Of a stretch of 64,000 nt of DNA, positions 63,028-64,000 are shown one piece after another (the stretch's first letter is position 1; each line of letters starts with the position of its first letter). The notes below the pieces were generated by a model, which saw only the letters and a program-made list of their open reading frames with translations, made no database searches and was not told the origin of the DNA. The stretch comes from Lytechinus pictus (taxonomy: Eukaryota): contig NC_087246.1 in the NCBI RefSeq assembly GCF_037042905.1, positions 6,698,001 through 6,762,000 on the forward strand. The letters run 5' to 3'. Position numbers and translations under genes: made by a program.

Positions 63028-63528
63028 TATTCAGATCTCAAGAGATCGTCACACATTAATTAAAATCTTTTGTATAATTCGAAAATCGCAAAAACCTATT
63101 GCTCTTTTCCAATAATTAGATCAATATTATCCACCCCATGCGCCAATCGTGGCAATCTGTCATGGCCAAATTCAGAGGCAAGTTATGAAGGGCGATTTAG
63201 ATTTACAGATTATTTCCAAATATGATTGAACAATGGAAATGAAAAAACCAGGCGAGAAAACTCAAGCAAAATCTTTGACTTTGTTGATGTTGGATAGGGC
63301 CTAGCTGGCCTGGGGCTCGATATTTTGCAAAAAAATGAAGCGCCCTCTTATAACTGAATATGGCCATGCTCTTCCGTATTGCTTTCCGCAATGTAGGGTG
63401 TTATTTTCTACTCCAAATTACGGGGAAATTGACTGTTTGTGGGACATATTATCTCTATTTGGATTCTTAATATCAATATCCGAACACTTGATTGATTGTA
63501 GGTGAGTATCTTGACCACCTTAATCGCC

Positions 63529-63804
63529 ATGGAGGGCGAATCCAAGCAGCGATCACAACGTAATCGTCGACGTGAACGGGCTCAAGAAATGAAGCAGCAA
63601 CAACAGCAGCGGCAGAATCAACAACAGAACAACGCGGGTAGCGGGGAGGAAGACGATGAAGACAACCCCCCTCCCCCTAGGGGAAGGGAGCGAACAAGAC
63701 ACAGACCCAAAAGGCGAAAATCGTCCCGCTCCAGCTCGGGTAACGATGAAGATATTATTGACGGATTTGCAATAACAAGTTTTTCTTCGCTTGATGCTCT
63801 AGAG
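63529..63804 (+). CDS. AUTS2: First coding exon of an AUTS2/FBRSL1 (fibrosin/tay-bridge family) homolog; gene continues beyond the window
   Basis: Kozak GCCATGG. Translation MEGESKQRSQRNRRRER...RRKSSRSSSGNDEDIIDGFAITSFSSLDALE matches the N-terminal EED(I/L)IDGFA.xSF.x.EAL motif of AUTS2/FBRSL1 as I recall it. GAG|GTATGT donor at 63805; CpG-richer context. The symbol denotes family membership, not one-to-one orthology. Confidence 0.88.
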
Positions 63805-64000
63805 GTATGTGATAAGCATCGATCTTACTTAGTTTAGGATCAAATTATTTAGCATAAATTATTTATAGTGATACCACCACATATCGACCACCTCTTTTGA
63901 AACCGACCACCTTGCGCGTATTAAAATTATTGCGTATTACAAACGATACGTGCGGGAGAGTAGGCGCAGTGTCCATAGGGACGGTAAGAATCAATTTTAC

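Overview
AT-rich, CpG-poor animal genomic DNA with spliceosomal introns and no prokaryotic features. The repeat content suggests a sea-urchin-like invertebrate deuterostome (inference). Main gene (+ strand): 21 coding exons from ATG 17837 to TAA 48453 join in frame via GT-AG introns into an ORF of about 2611 aa. It has one giant (~5 kb) Ser/Pro-rich, probably disordered first coding exon carrying a short KRAP/ITPRID-like LGFG..IPxRF motif, followed by a short linker exon and 19 mostly coiled-coil exons. The first coding exon of an AUTS2/FBRSL1-family gene starts at 63529. Non-coding DNA holds many non-autonomous elements: two Helentron-associated (HINE/DINE-1-like) elements with internal satellite arrays, Kolobok/T2-type (TTAA), hAT, MULE, Tc1/mariner and foldback MITEs, a tRNA-SINE, LINE tails and microsatellites. 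Most notable: (1) dense clusters of nuclear-receptor half-sites (DR1/DR4/IR1/IR2) amplified about 15 times in the HINE satellites upstream of the gene; (2) a minimal Penelope-type hammerhead ribozyme motif in an intron; (3) a recursive-splice-like CAG|GTATGA junction at the start of the giant exon; (4) a 1.8 kb hAT element with perfect 8-bp TSDs just upstream of the AUTS2-like start codon. All calls were made by eye; no database searches were run.
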